The notes under the pieces: generated by a model | Databases searched by the model: none | Seen by the model: only the letters and a program-made list of their open reading frames with translations | What the model was told of the DNA's origin: nothing | Assembly (NCBI GenBank): GCA_026770705.1 | Contig: JANJGN010000039.1 | Location: 6,262,001-6,326,000, forward strand | From: Isurus oxyrinchus | Lineage: Eukaryota | Direction: 5' to 3' | DNA length: 64,000 nucleotides | Shown here: piece after piece, positions 48,290-62,199 of the stretch | How positions within the stretch are numbered: position 1 is the stretch's first letter | Layout of the letters: the number at the start of each line of letters is the position of its first letter | Translations under genes and position numbers: made by a program

Positions 48290-51200
48290 ACCGGAGAGGT
48301 GGGGCTGATTGGGAGTTGGTACCCCCTCTCTCTAGGAGAATCGGCCAGAATGCAATTCATAGGAAGTGTTGGTGTCGGTGGGTCACCCTTCCCAGTTTCA
48401 AATGGCCGTGCTGTCAATGCAGACGTGCAGGTGGTGACGTTAGCAGCCAGTGGTGGGCGGGGAGGGGAGCTGGTGTGGTGGGGTCGCTTTGATTTGGAAA
48501 TGGTAGCTCAGGTAGAGAATGGGAAAGTGTAAATCCAAGGTATGACTGCGTTTAACTAGGGAGGCAGTGAATGGGAGCAACAGAGTGCCAGGATAACATT
48601 GGAAGAAGTTTACTGAGAAAGAGGAAACTCTGCACCACCTCATCTCATGGCTGCCTTGTTTTTATCTCCCTAATCTGAGAGCATTAAGGACTAGGATACA
48701 AGGAGGAGGTTGATGTGTCCGAGGATGCACCATCATCAGTACCTCGCTCACCAGGCACCAGCACAGAGACTGACACTCCAGCGGCTACATGTGTGGGCCT
48801 AGGGCATAAGCACTGTGGGACCAGCATGGCACTGTGTGCAGGAGAAGGCTTCAATGGCAGTCACCCTGGAGTGCGGGTGGACAGTCAGACACATACTTAA
48901 CACAGCAGTAAGACAGCGACTCTGGAGGCCCAAATTGAGGTTCCTATTTGGAGTCACAGCTGCTGCTATGAGTCCATCGGAATCGGTACCCTGAGGAATT
49001 GAGAACTCGTACACTTTGTATGAATGAATCCCTGGTGACCATGACCTCGGCAATGCTTCTGGATGGGTATCGATTATAATCAGCCACGTGTCACTGGTCA
49101 TCACTATAGTGAACAGAGGCAGCAGTTACAAGATCATCTGAGCTGTTGTACGAGATAAAGTGCAGCAGGGAAAGAAGAGTAAAAGACCAGGAACAGGATA
49201 GCTTCGTGGGTGGCCGATGGTTGAGCCGAGGGAATGGCAGCTGCACTCCTACAACCATGAAATCCATCCATCGGAACACCGCCACAAGGTCGGATCAATG
49301 CGAACGGCGGGGTGAGGGAAGTTCTGATCTTTGAGACAATTTAACCATCCTCAGGTTGCTCACCCTCTCAGATAGAAGAATCAAATTTTAACCTAGACCA
49401 AGCCTGGGTGGCTGACCCTGCAGAGATACAGGTTTTGCAGACTCAGGGAGGGCCTCGGCGGGCTCCTGCAGGATGAGACTGACGACCACAATGCTCACAG
49501 CCACATGGCCTTCAGTGCATGTCGTCATCATCCTCGACAAAACCGGAAACAATGAGAACCTGCCGAGTGCGCCTGCCTAATCCAGACAACGCAATAGCCT
49601 TTTCCCTGTCGTCATCAACACCGAGGATCTCCTCATCTCATCCCCGTCAGTGCCCTCCTCATTGAAGGAGACGGGCAACTCCTCCATCGCCTCCTCACCT
49701 CGTTGTAAGGCCACCTTGTTAAGGGCACAAAAAACAAAAATGACACGTGACACGCTCTGCCCAGTGCATTGCAGCGCTCCATCGGACAGATCCAGGAACC
49801 AGGGACTGAATCTTCAGCAGCTGAATGGTTTGTTCCACCCATACGCGAGCTGCTGCATGAGATGCATTGCACCATCGCTCCTCTGCAGGCTCTCGAATCA
49901 GCCCCTGTGTCATAAAGCACCACTCTTTATGTAGACCCTGTCCCCATGGATCCAACCCTGCAGTGTACGTGGACCCTGGAAGACTGCAGGGAACTACGAG
50001 TGATTCAGGTTTTACGTATTGTGTGCACTTCATCAAAGTCATTTGCAACCTTTCAGGCTTATCTTTGGTAACAGCTTCACGTTCGGTGATTGGAAACCCT
50101 TGTGGTTGATGACGTCCATTGCATGTAGCGACAGAGACATGAGGGACACATGCGTGCATTGAATTGTACCATGTTCCTGTTGGAATCCCGAGATCAGGGC
50201 GAATTCATTGGCGCTTGCATGTCGCTGCCCTGGTTCCTGGAAAAAGGCACAAAATTGTTTCTCTTGCAGAAGTTTGCATAGATGATTTCGGGGGAATATT
50301 TGTGGATGGGGGATGTGAAATCGCACAGAGGTCAGATGTGCAGCCCTGATAGGTGCCACAGGGAAACAATTTCTTTGCCACAATCACTTTTACAGATAGT
50401 GGCAGTGGCTGCCCTCCTTGCTCGTGGCGCCTGGCGTGCAGTAGGTGGCAGATGTGAGCTAACAGGTCCTTAGATATGTGCAGCCACCGTTGACACTGGG
50501 TCTCAGTAACCGGCAGGAATAGCAGGCAGCCTATGGGTGCTGCAAAGCATCAAACAGCCAGGGCTCGCTGTCACTACTGGACAGCGTGTGTGAGAAATCC
50601 TGCTCTTCCTTCTTCATGGGATTGCTTCTCTTGAACATTTGTGGCCAGGCGCCTCAATCACTCAGTTCACCGTCTTCAACAGTCTCTGTGGACAATCAGA
50701 TATTAAGCTAGGACACCAGGATCTATGATAGTGACATGGTCCTCCTGCAGCATGTACGAGAGAGACATAGATATCATAGCGATGCTTTCCACCTTTCCTG
50801 GTCCTGCGTGACCTCCCCTTAAAGCTTCCTGTAGAGAGAACTGGTCACCTCTCGGATGGCGAGAGAGGAATGCGCTGTATGGCTGACTTGTCAGCCCGTG
50901 ACATGGGTGGAGGGCACAGGTCCAAGCAGCATGCCGAAATTACAAGTGGTTGCGAGCGCACCAGCAGTGATGGCTACATGCACAACGTTGACGAGGACGT
51001 TGTACAACGATTGCAGCCCAACTTTTCCACGTTGCAATAAGATGGTGGCGGACTCGAAGTGATTGCTGTGGAGGTAGGGAGTGGGGCTGTGAGGTATGGA
51101 CCGCTTGATGGTCCTTTGATGCCTCTGTATGGCTTGCATGGGCGGGACGTCGAGGAGACCGAACCCAATCATTTCATTGCGTCTACGCCTGATCTGTGTC

Positions 51201-52070
51201 AGTTGCAGAACCATGGTCAGTTTATATAGGCGCCCCTAATGTTTGGTCACTTCTCTTGCTTACACTGTCTCAAACCTCGATTGGCTGTGCGTGTGGTGCA
51301 ACACCAGGTCAGCTCGTGAACCTCCCAACTCCTCAGCATCTGCGTCTGAGGCTTCATAGAAAATGCCCCATGGCATATTCAGCCTGTGCCACACACCCGC
51401 GCCCCAGCCCCTCCACCCAAGCGGGTGCCCCCAAAACTGGCCAGCAGTTCCACCCATGAACCTGCGGCAGTCGCCTGCACGGCTATTTAGCAATTGTTCA
51501 CAGTCACGCTGACCATGCAGCCCCCACCTCCCGAGCCAGGAGTCAATTGCACAACACACCCCACGTCTGCACCAGCGCCCCGATCCCTGTAAACAACAGG
51601 GAAGCTGTGAGGAACGCTGCTGCTCACTCACTTCGTTCTCCCAAAGTAAAGGGTGACAAGTGCAGGTCGCCTGCGTGATGATGTTAAACACGTCACATGC
51701 TTTCCGCCGATGTGTCCAGATGATGCGGGGACCAAGTGACTGGCGGAATGGCCTTGTAATAATACGCTGGTGTAATACAATTGGCTCCCCACCGACCCAT
51801 GGTTGGAAACGCGGTCAGGCTTCCGCTGGCTGTGTGGGAGTTTGCAACCTGGATTCCTGCCACCGTGAAGCAGATACACGCCATAACACCCGAGCAAGCC
51901 CCCATCACACCCGCCGTCTCTGGACTTCGAAATTTCCGTTCAATTGTTCAGGTAGAGATGGCCTTTCAAGTTCTGTCTCACATGGCAAAGTAATGGAGAG
52001 GGCATGTCAGAGGAGCGGTGTTGATGTTTTTGCCTCACCAAGAAAGCACAACGAGGGACAATGCTCTTAA
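48290..52070 (-). mobile_element. Decayed Harbinger element; DDE transposase on minus strand ~50760-49450
   Basis: VAKKLFPCGTYQGCTSDLCAISH, GFQQEHGTIQCTHV..INHKGFQSPNVKL and CNASHAAARVWVEQTIQLLK..SVRW..AERVT are HARBI1-type DDE_Tnp_4 motifs. Confidence 0.8.
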
Positions 52071-54077
52071 AGAGGAATATGGACTGCTTACTCTCTTGTT
52101 TACATACCGTTTTTCACAAATGGCTCGATGGATTAAGCAATGGCAGCTGACTACATGCTGGTTGTTCTGGAGGTTTCTGATCAGTTTCCTAATTGGCAGA
52201 ACTTATCTCCTCAAATTCCTGAAAGTATTACACGCCTTTCATTGTGTAAACATCCCAGCCACGATAACACAAGTGCTTAGCATCATTGGGACCATTTCAA
52301 TGTTGTGCTAATGATTCTAAAGTTATCTGTTCAAAAGAAAATTAGTTTCGACACGCTGCCTCGTTAGCTGAATAGTTTTTTTCTGAGTCCACCCTGCCAC
52401 GACACTGAAAATTGATTTGTTCCAAATGCTGTTCATATACATTTCTCAGGCATCCGCCTTCAGTCGCAGTTCAACGCCGGAAGTGCAACAGGACTCCAGG
52501 CTTGCAGCCTGCCTCTGTTTGCCATCATCCATCAGAAGGACCAGATGAAACAGCTATCTGTCTAGGTTCAAATCTCCTTGTCCTGATCTGCACTGTTTTC
52601 TGCTGGACTTTCTGTATGTCTGTACCAGGTTTCACTAAGAAGACTGATTCATCTCTAAATGCTTTCACTCACCATGTAAATCTGTAATACTGGAGCAGAT
52701 TTTCGCCGCACATCGGTTCCACACAGCGAACCTCTGAAAAGTGCTATAGAATGGTACTCCGGATTCTGGAGCCTGAGGTATTTTAATCCAATAATTCTTA
52801 ACGTACATGTGGTCTTTTCCTTGTAGCTATTATATCTCTTTTCACTCTTTTAAATTATGAATGCAAACATGATGGGGTGTAGTTGTTCGGAATGGTCGGC
52901 TTTGAATGTTGTGGGGCCCCTTGACACATTGTGTGTCTGTCTAAAATGAATAATCCTCTTTTCCGCCCTTACCCCAAGTAGGTTGTGTGATTTCTAGTCA
53001 AGGATTGGATCACTGCAACACTGTAGGTTTGGAGAAAATACGCCACGAATTAAATGGGGGAACTCAAAAATCGAAAAGAGACGAGGAATTAGAGCAGTTC
53101 AAATTAATGCCACCCCTGTACATGGGTAATGGTAAGGTTTTGGACATGAAATCATGCATTAGATAACACTGGCAATCTACTTGAGAGCCTCTTTCTCCTG
53201 TAGAATTGTGCTTCTGTCAATTCCAGGTATTGGCTTTAATCCCAGCAAATCCTGTGTAGGTGCTATGGCCTCTGTCTCCTTCCTGCTCCTTATCCATCTC
53301 CTTTAACATCCCGATGCACGCTGCTGTTAATTTCCTGCAAAGCGTGGCCTACGAATGGCCATTGTGCCTACATTTTTCAAAATGGCCAGCTCCCCTTTTA
53401 TCCACTTGATATTTTCTGTTTCTGGCATAAATTGCTGGAGCAGCCATGACTGACATCACACTTTGCAACTGTTCTATTCAACACAAATCTTGGTATTTCT
53501 GTTTTCAGACACTGAATATTCTGCAGGCTCTATCACCACACATGTCCCATTGAACAAATGCGGCAACCAGCAAAGAATTACAGTTGCATACAATTATTAC
53601 CATGCAGGAGGAGGCTATTCAGTCCATCGTGCCTCAACTGCCTCTTCAAGTCAGCATTCCGCTTCGTGCCTTTCCACTTTATACCTGTAGTCTGCAGAAA
53701 ATTAATCATTCACTGTTTCCCACATTAAACTCCATTTTCCAGATCCTTGTCCACTCTCTTAACCTATCTACATTCTTTGCAGTTTCCTGTTTCCTTTTCG
53801 GACAGCAATAAGGAGACATTTTGTCTCTCAGAGCCTTGTGAGGCTTTGGAGCCAGCTTACTGAAAAGGCTTTGGAACAGTGTATTTGAATATATTTACAG
53901 CCGACCTAGATATTTTCCTCATTAACAAGGGGCGAACGGCTATCGGGGTAGAGGGGAATGTGGGATTGAGTTTGCAAGCAGATCATCCATGACTTTATTC
54001 CATGGTGGAGAGGCTGCAAAGGCCACAGTGGGCAACTGCTGCTCAGAATTTTACATTTTGTGTGCAAGTGGGCGGAG

Positions 54078-54465
54078 CGGGGGATGGTGGTATAATTGTT
54101 GTCACTGGGCTGGAAAGCCAGAGACCCAGACTATTGTTCTGGGGACATAGGTTCGAGTAGAACGTGGCAGAATTTGAATTCAGGAAATAATCTGGAATTC
54201 GGATGCTAATCTCAGTTGTGGACACCATCAATGAAATCTCACAAAAACCCACATGGTTTTTTACACTCCTTCTTGATCTTGAATCTGGCATCATTACCTG
54301 GTCTCGCCGACATGTGACTCCAGACGCAAAACAATGTCCTTGACTCTTTGTTGCCCTCTGAAATGACCTGGCAAGCCAACTCAGTTCAATTGCCATTAGG
54401 GATTGGCACCAAGCGCTGCCCTTGTCTGCAAAACCCACCTGCAGTGAAAGAGCCTATGAAAAAAT
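54078..54465 (+). mobile_element. Elasmobranch tRNA-like-head SINE sharing the LINE tail
   Basis: A-box-like tggtataattg, B-box-like ggttcgagt, core ctggtct..acatgtgactccaga, tail attagggattggcac..gctg. Confidence 0.75.
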
Positions 54466-55049
54466 AATGTTTGTATGACATTGTTACTGACCAATGCAAA
54501 AACCACATGTGCACTGCAGCAGGTTATGTAGAGATTTAGCTGTAATTCTTTCAAATTAGAAAACTGTGTTCATGACGAAAATATGGCATTCCCTGCAGTG
54601 GGGAGACAATGGCAGATCGGGCGACAATTTTATGGCACACATCCACTATGCAAGCAAGACTTGGTGTTGTGGTTTCCGGCAGTTTTACTTCCCTGCTTTG
54701 CTCGCTCACTGACACACCCATATATAGATTGGAGAACTGTTCCAGTGAGGCTTTGACCTCGATTTGGGACAGCACTTCATTGTTACAGTGGATACTTTAT
54801 GAACTTCTGTGTTCAACCTCAATTTTACCTGTTTCAGAATGTAAACTCAATCTACCATTTTGGGTCTATCATTTTTACCTCTGCCTGGCTTCACCTTGTT
54901 TGTCATGATGTCACTTGCAGAAACTGATGATAATGATTCTCCTCTTCACACCCTTACAGCACAGAATTACCTTCTTCTCTTCCCTGCTGTGCGGAGGCGG
55001 TGGAAAAATGATAGCCTTACTGCGCTATTAACACAGGTTAATCCACTTT

Positions 55050-55350
55050 CAAACTGGGTTTAAATCCCACCCCAGCGTTTGATGAAATTTAAATTCAGAA
55101 CGCGAGCCTCAGGAATAAGGAACATTAAGCTGTCATTGAGTGTCGTAAAAACCCAACTGTTTCTCTTATGTCCTTTAGGAAAGGAAATCTGCTAAAGTTA
55201 CCTGGTCTGGCCTACATGTGACTCCAGAGGCACAGCAATGGAGTTGATCATTTGCTTCCCTGTGAAATGGCTTGGTAACCCCTTCAGTTCTAGGAAATTT
55301 AAAGATGGACAAGAATTACTGCCCTTGCCAAGCGGTGGCCACTTCTCTGA
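55050..55350 (+). mobile_element. SINE, same family
   Basis: gggtttaaatcccacc..gtaaaaacccaactg..atgtcctttaggaaaggaaatctgc..ctggtctggcctacatgtgactccagag. Confidence 0.75.
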
Positions 55351-55619
55351 AATCCCAAGTTAAAAACTTGATAACTCGAACTGCTCCCTTCCCTTTGCTA
55401 AGGATGATTTATGTTATGTGACCTCTCCTGTCATCTACCCAATCACAGTTCATCCCTTGTTTTCTTTCTCCCCCTCCCTCCTTTTACTGTCTTTTGTTCT
55501 CCAATTTGGAAGGCAGGTCCTTGACCAGAAGCTTTTTGTCTGTATCTAGCTGCACAGATCCTGGCAGAACCTACGTTGTCTAATAAGTGCTTATCAGCTT
55601 AACAGCTGGTATTTGAGAA

Positions 55620-56700
55620 GTTATTCATCAGCGCACTGCAATGCAGACTATTTATGAAGAACCACTAGAGCAACCAAAGTCTATGTACAAAGAGCAACAC
55701 CGCGAAACAAGAACCTCCCTAAACAGAGCACCATTGCAAATAAAGCTTTATTTAACCAATGACGAAGGAGATTTCAGTTTTCACCCAACGCATTGGAGAA
55801 AACAAACCATTCAGCAGGGCATTCCGGCAAAAAAGGGTCAATATAAACAGTGCACTATAGCACCATCATCTTGTATGGCAACTATGACAAATATCTTTTG
55901 TTTCAACAGTGACAAAAAATACAATGTAATTACAAAATGATAAAACACATGTTGTGTATACTTAACCAAGTCACTGCAGCACATATATTCTTGTTGAACA
56001 AGAAACTCTAGCCAATAGAGCTCATTCAATCCACTATTGAATATACGGTCTATATGAACAAGACAGTTCAGCAAAAGTAGTCCAATTAAAAATCACACGA
56101 TGACAAACATAGTAACTTTGAACAGAATACCAGAGCAAATGCAGTCTATTCAAACTACTATAGGAAATAGTGGATATTTGAACAGTGCACTATTACAAAT
56201 TGAGCCTATACAGCAGCAGAATGTAAATAATTAGTCTGTAAAAGCTGCACATTTTAGCAAATATAATCAATACATAGAGCCCCTTTACAGCCAGGAAAGC
56301 CTGCCTAAAGAGCACACTAGAGTAATTAGGGTCAATATATCAGCACACTGCAGCAATGAAACTGCATAAACAAGAACATATGACAAGTGATGTCTATTTA
56401 CACCACACACGATTGAAAATATAATCCATACAAACAACGCACCACAGGGAATAGAGTCAATTAAAATAGCACAATTTGGAAAAAAAATGAGTATATTTAA
56501 ACAACGCACTATAGCAAATAGAGTCTGCTCAAACGACACGTGACAGCAAATGGAGTCTATTCAAACAGCATAATACAGAGAAGAGAGTATAATCAAACAA
56601 CACACCATAGCAATTAGGGTATATTTAGCAGCACACTTTAGAGAATAGAAACCAGTTGAACAGCACACTGCAACAAATAGAGTCCATTCAAATTATATAC
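55620..56700 (+). repeat. Highly degenerate 32-bp minisatellite, roughly 30 units
   Basis: Consensus ~AAATAGAGTCTATTCAAACAGCACACTATAGC, clearest at 56450-56690. Confidence 0.75.
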
Positions 56701-58089
56701 TGTCTAAGGAGCCGTGATAAGATCCTACAGTGCAACTTTTAGATGTTGCAGACTGCTGCCACTGTTTGGAAGAGGTGGATGAAGGGACTGCTCGTGGAAG
56801 GACTGCCAATCGATTGGATTACTATGCCGTTTGTTATCTTTAGCTTCTTCGTTGTTGTGGGGACTGCACACATTCAGGAATTTTGAACGTATTCGATGAC
56901 ACGATGTACCTTGTAATTAGTGTGGAGGCTTTAGGAAGTCATAATGTGAGCTACTAAACACAGGATTCCCAGCCTCTGACATGCTCTTGTAGCCCTGTTA
57001 GAGGCAAGGAATCCTGAGGCAAGTAATCAACATAATTTGAGAAGTTAAGGAGACACACACAACAGTTTGCTCAGAGGAATTCAGGGCTTAGGGAGTGGCA
57101 CTTTGAAACCTGAGTCACCAATCTTTGTGAAATGGATCATTGATGGACGCGGAAGTCTGCCAAAAACAAAATTGATATTTTGGATGGTTTTGTGTCCGGG
57201 AGATTCACTGTGGTAGGGTGAGCTCGTGGAAACACATGAAAGGAAGGTGAGAATCTTAATTGGCAGCTGCTTCTGCACTCATAAACAATGCATTTTAACT
57301 AAGAAAGCAAGTAAACAACTAAAAGGAGCAAGAGTAGACTATTCAGCCAATCGAGCCTGCTCCATCATTCAATCTGATCATGGCTGATCTTTGGCCTCAA
57401 AACCAATTCCCACCCCCACCCCCAATCCCCATATCTCTTTTTTTACCCCGAGAGAACAAAAATCGCTCTGTTCCTGACTTAAATGTGTTCAAGGATGGAG
57501 CTTGCACAGCAATCTGGGCTAGATAAATCTAAAGGCTTACTTGCTTTTGAGTAAAGATATTCATCCTCATTTCAGGTCTAAATTATTGGCTCCATTTCTG
57601 AGGCTTTGCCTCCGTATTTTCGATTACCCAAGCAGTGGAAGTAATGTCTCAGAGGGCACAGGGGCAATTTATGATATCATGATTGGAGCAACATAGTTTT
57701 GGAAGAACTCCTGTTGACATCAAATTGAATGGTGAAGAACAAATTATCCGCCCAGACACCATAGTGGGAGCTGATAACTTTCAATCAATAAATGATTTTA
57801 CCACTTGCGTGAACACCGATCCGAGCCGATTCTCCATCTGACCAGGTGTCCCCAGGATGGCTAGAATATGGTAGAAGACATTGGCAATCCACCGAATTAT
57901 GTATTGTTCCATTTCTGTGTTTTATTCTATCTTTCAGTGGGCGTTAGCTCTGCAGTTTTACACAGAAGTGTAAAAAAGGCACCCCCTGTTTATACAAAGC
58001 ACAGACCTCCTAGGGTGGGGAATTCTGGATATTAATTGCAGCTCAATAAACCACTAACTTGATTAATTTAAATGTTAGTAGGTGCAGGT

Positions 58090-58670
58090 AGGGGTGGAGT
58101 GATATTTTTATTGGACTAGCACTACAAGTGACAGAAACAGAAAATGCTGGAGAGACTCATCAGGACTAATAGCATCTGTGGAGAGAAAAATAATAGAGTA
58201 TAGAGTCCTTATGACTCTTCGTCAGATAAAGCTCTGTTGCATTAAATGTCAACTCGTTTTTTTCTTCCCTCCAGAGAATTTGTTGGACCTGTTGAGTTAT
58301 ATTAGCATTTTCTGTTATTGTTTCTGATTTACAGCATCCAGGCTAATTTACTTTTATTTTATCACGGTAGGTACTCAGGTTAAGGCCATAGGGATCCGGG
58401 TTCGAACCCCACCATGGAAGAAGATATTGATTTTGAATTTAAAAAAATGCATTTACTCATCTAATGATGACATTGTTGTAAAAACTCATCTGATTCACTA
58501 ATGTCCTTTAGGGAGCCAATCTGCTGTTTCCTCGTCGGATATGCCTATCAATTCAGATCCACAACAATATGGTTGACTGTTAAATGTCAGCTGTAATGGC
58601 CAGTGAGGCCCGCGTTCCATACGGCAAATAGGAATGGCCCAGCCAACGATGCCCACATGAATGGGAAAAA
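58090..58670 (+). mobile_element. SINE interrupted by an inverted Penelope-tail insertion (58130-58345)
   Basis: SINE head at 58090, resuming at ~58365 (gggttcgaaccccaccatgg..cactaatgtcctttaggg..gcccacatgaatg). The insert has inverted acagaaaatgct/agcattttctgt. Confidence 0.7.
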
Positions 58671-59379
58671 TAGATAACTGACTTGTGTGGATATCAAAAA
58701 CCCATAAATCAAAATATCTCACAGTCTGGTGCAGGAGGACCAGTCTGCCTAAAAAGGAAGACTGTCAAAGTTAAAATGTTTCAGTTATCTCCTCAGTAAC
58801 ATGTGCACATTGGCTGCTTTTCCAGGTTATATAATTTTCGACAAATCACTAATTCACTTTCATTTCATGGACGTCATTCTTACCGTGCATTGAATTCCAT
58901 GCATTCATACATACAGTTGTGCGAATAGCACTGAACAATGCACGCAAATATATTATGTTGGTTGGATTAGGATCCTTAGCACCAAGCAGACAAATTGGGA
59001 TTTCAATATACTCTGGCAACTGACGTCCATTGTGAGTGAATGTGAGGCCTCCGCTGTGATTCTAATAAGTTACAGTCACAACATTTTCTTAATGATGAGA
59101 GAACAGAGTCTATTTGGGAGACAAATTATTCACGTGTCTATGTACACAGACCAGTGAAGACCAGTTCACAGCTACAAATGCTCGGGAATTCTCAGGGAAC
59201 TGAGAGAGTTTTCGGAAGAAATTTGTGTTTAACCATGAGTGAGTCAGTTCTCTTTCAGTATCATTTAGATTTGCCACAACTTCATTAGGAGCTTTGCATT
59301 CAGTTCTCTGGTCCTCACTCAGCAAGTGGTAGAATGTTATTAGATGGGACGCAGCACAGCTTCATTAGCACAATCCCCG

Positions 59380-60245
59380 TTGTCATGAAGAGATTAGTGT
59401 CTGCAATTTTATTATATTTTTAAAATTAGAGCTGAGTGTTGCCTGTGTCTGTGCGCGTGTCTGTGTATGGCGAATTGGATCAAAGTCAGCTGGTCTAGAG
59501 GCTTTGTTGAATCGAAAGGAGCAGATTTGAAATGGTAACTAGATAAACATGGTGAAATTTAGAAACATATTTGTTACTGGTGGCAATTTGCCTTTTTGAA
59601 TAAAATGCTCCAAAGAATGAGTGAAATCCTGCACCGAGCCAGAAGATGCCAAGAAAATATTTTATTCTTTTTTAGCTTAACTCTAAAATTTATGGAATCA
59701 TATGATGTTATTTTTTGAAGGGGTTTTGATTAAAAACCTAGTCATACAATGGAACATTTACATTCAATGAGAAAGATAGGTATAAAGGACGAAATAGAGC
59801 ATGTGTAAGCTACACACATTTTAAGATCCATCAGGTTTGAGAAGCCTCCAGCCCCTAAACCTCAAGCCTTTCTGCAAAGGCCCAACCCTGAAAAGAATCT
59901 GATCTTCAGTGTCACTGTCCAGCGTGTGCTCTGCCAGATCCCGCTTTATATCTACGAGATTTACTGGTCGGGAGTTAACTGACAATAAGATTAATTGGAG
60001 GATTTATGGCGTTAATATAATGGTAATTGTGTTAACATGTGTATGTGCTTATGATTTTAATTGCATTAATACATGCTTAATTAAGTTTGTTTAACAATGC
60101 TATTGGGAATTGATGGACTTATTGGCACTGAATTCAAAGCCTGCAACTCGAAACATACAATTGGCAAAAACGGGTGATGATAGTTGTTTCAAGTGTCCCT
60201 CTTGAATTTGAGCAACTCAGACTTTGCCATTGGCTGTGTCATAAT
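59380..60245 (+). mobile_element. Probable solo LTR
   Basis: Starts TGTCATGA and ends ..gtgtCATAA, AT-rich with no ORF. Its layout resembles the LTR at 14205-15050. Confidence 0.4.
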
Positions 60246-60479
60246 CCCTGGAGGAAATGATTCCTTTTTCTTGGGATCGGTGCATCGTCCCTTCTTCCGT
60301 CCCCTGCTTGATTACAGAGTAATGGCTAATCACGTTCAACTGATTTTGTTCGTTAGAGATGCTGACAGTGAAGGAAAGAGAGAAATGATTTTTTTGTTGT
60401 TGTAATGAAGGACAAAAGGCAACAATCTTAAAATTGGAGCCACTTAGCCCAGTGATGACTTCAGGCAGCAGGGCAAAGA

Positions 60480-60850
60480 GAGACAGTGTCTTAGTGTTAG
60501 TGCCACTGGACTAATGATGCAATCTAGTTCTCTGGGAACATGCGTTCAAATTCCAGTAAGGCAGCTGGTGGAATTTATGTTCCATAATATATCTTGAACT
60601 TAAAGCTCGTATCAGCAATAGCGGCCTTGGAACTGTAACTTATTGTGAGTAAAATCCTTTTTCGTTCACTGATATAGTCAGGGAAGGAAATCGGGTTTCC
60701 TTTCCTGCCCTCGCCTGCCTGTGCCTCCAAACCCGCAGCAACGGGGTCGACTCTAAACTGCCCTCTGAAATGGCCGAACAAGCCACGCAGTTCAAGGGAT
60801 TGAACAACAAATACTGGCCTCCCGATCTCATGAAAAATATTTAAAAAATC
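60480..60850 (+). mobile_element. SINE, same family
   Basis: cactggactaatg..gttcaaattcc..gttcactgat..gggaaggaaatc..ctgccctctgaaatggcc..caagccacgcagttcaaggg. Confidence 0.7.
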
Positions 60851-62199
60851 AATGAAAAATGAAACTTTCTCCCTTTTCCAATTATTAATCTCTAGAAGTT
60901 ATTTTTTGTGATCGGATTTTTCATTTTCCATTTGCTCTCTGAGTATAAAAAAGATTTTGGACTCAAGTCTGGCAAATGAGTCATTTTATTTAATGAAGAT
61001 AAGTTGAGATGTGCTAAAGGGAATGACGCAGTCGGGATCCAATTGTCATCTCTAATGCAGACCTTGGTTTCATTGCAGCTGCTGCAATAGATGGGCAGCT
61101 TTTTTAAAAAAAAATACCTTGGCCTAGGTGGTGTAATGATTCCAGCTGAAGGCATTGTCTGGTGTTTCAGTTTGGCCGCATGGCTTTGTTCCCTGGGCAT
61201 ACTTGGTGTTCTAATCTTTTTTTTTAAAAGCTGGATTGCCAACTTTAAATATCCCCCATCTCCTTTTACCACCCTTTTCTTCATGATATTAAAGTACATA
61301 TAACCCTTTTCATTGGATGAAGTGAATTGTTGCACATCCCTATTTGTTCTTTTTCGGAACAGATTATAGCCTATTTCATAGACAATGTGCCTACATTTCA
61401 ACAGTGGTTGTTCCATTCGTTTTCGATTAAAGCTATCATGATTTTTGTCGTATCGTCTGCATAACTACCTCTTGCCATCGTCAGAAGGAAGAATAGGCTG
61501 TGAGGCTGGTGCGTGGAATGATTATACATTGATAACTTCAGCATTGGTTCCTCTGCAAGAAGTCAGCTGATGTTCTCCATCCAGATGCAATGGAATGTTC
61601 ACTCTCAGTCATTGTGTTCTGGGCTCGTGAGATTAATTAGGAGTTGCTGAACTCCAGTGGCGATATAACGGATGAGTGTACATACCAATAAATTTGCTTC
61701 CATCCTCTGTTAATATTAATACAACACAAAAAAGCTACCATTTCAATGTCATCAGAAGTTTTACAATTTGAGTTTATCATTTCTGTTGACCTAATTCTCT
61801 GCTGACCTGCTCCAGAGCACATCATACTGGAATTAACGTTGCCGACAAAGAAGCCTTCTTATTACAGAGTTATTGCAGGATTTGATAGAATGTGGTGGGA
61901 ATTTCGAAACATGTCATTGTTTCAATTCAGTCACTTATTCAAAGCTGTAGATTTAGCACATAGATTCTTGTCATTTTGCATCGCGCTTCTCATCTCAGAA
62001 CAGATTTTTAACTGGGTTAGAGCGTTCACACAATTGTTTGTACAGCAGTCCAGCCACACCGAGTGCACAGAGTACAGCTGTCCAGCAGCACAGAGGTTTA
62101 AGACACTGGGCAGTTGAAGCTTCTGTAATTGTACATTTCCAAGATGCGTGGGAAGGAAAAGGGAGCACACATCCACAATTATCTGAAACTGCCCGAAGC

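Noticed and set aside
61440-61470. YADDTT motif suggesting a reverse transcriptase
   Set aside because: No upstream QG-x-LSP-LF motif or other RT blocks in the flanks.
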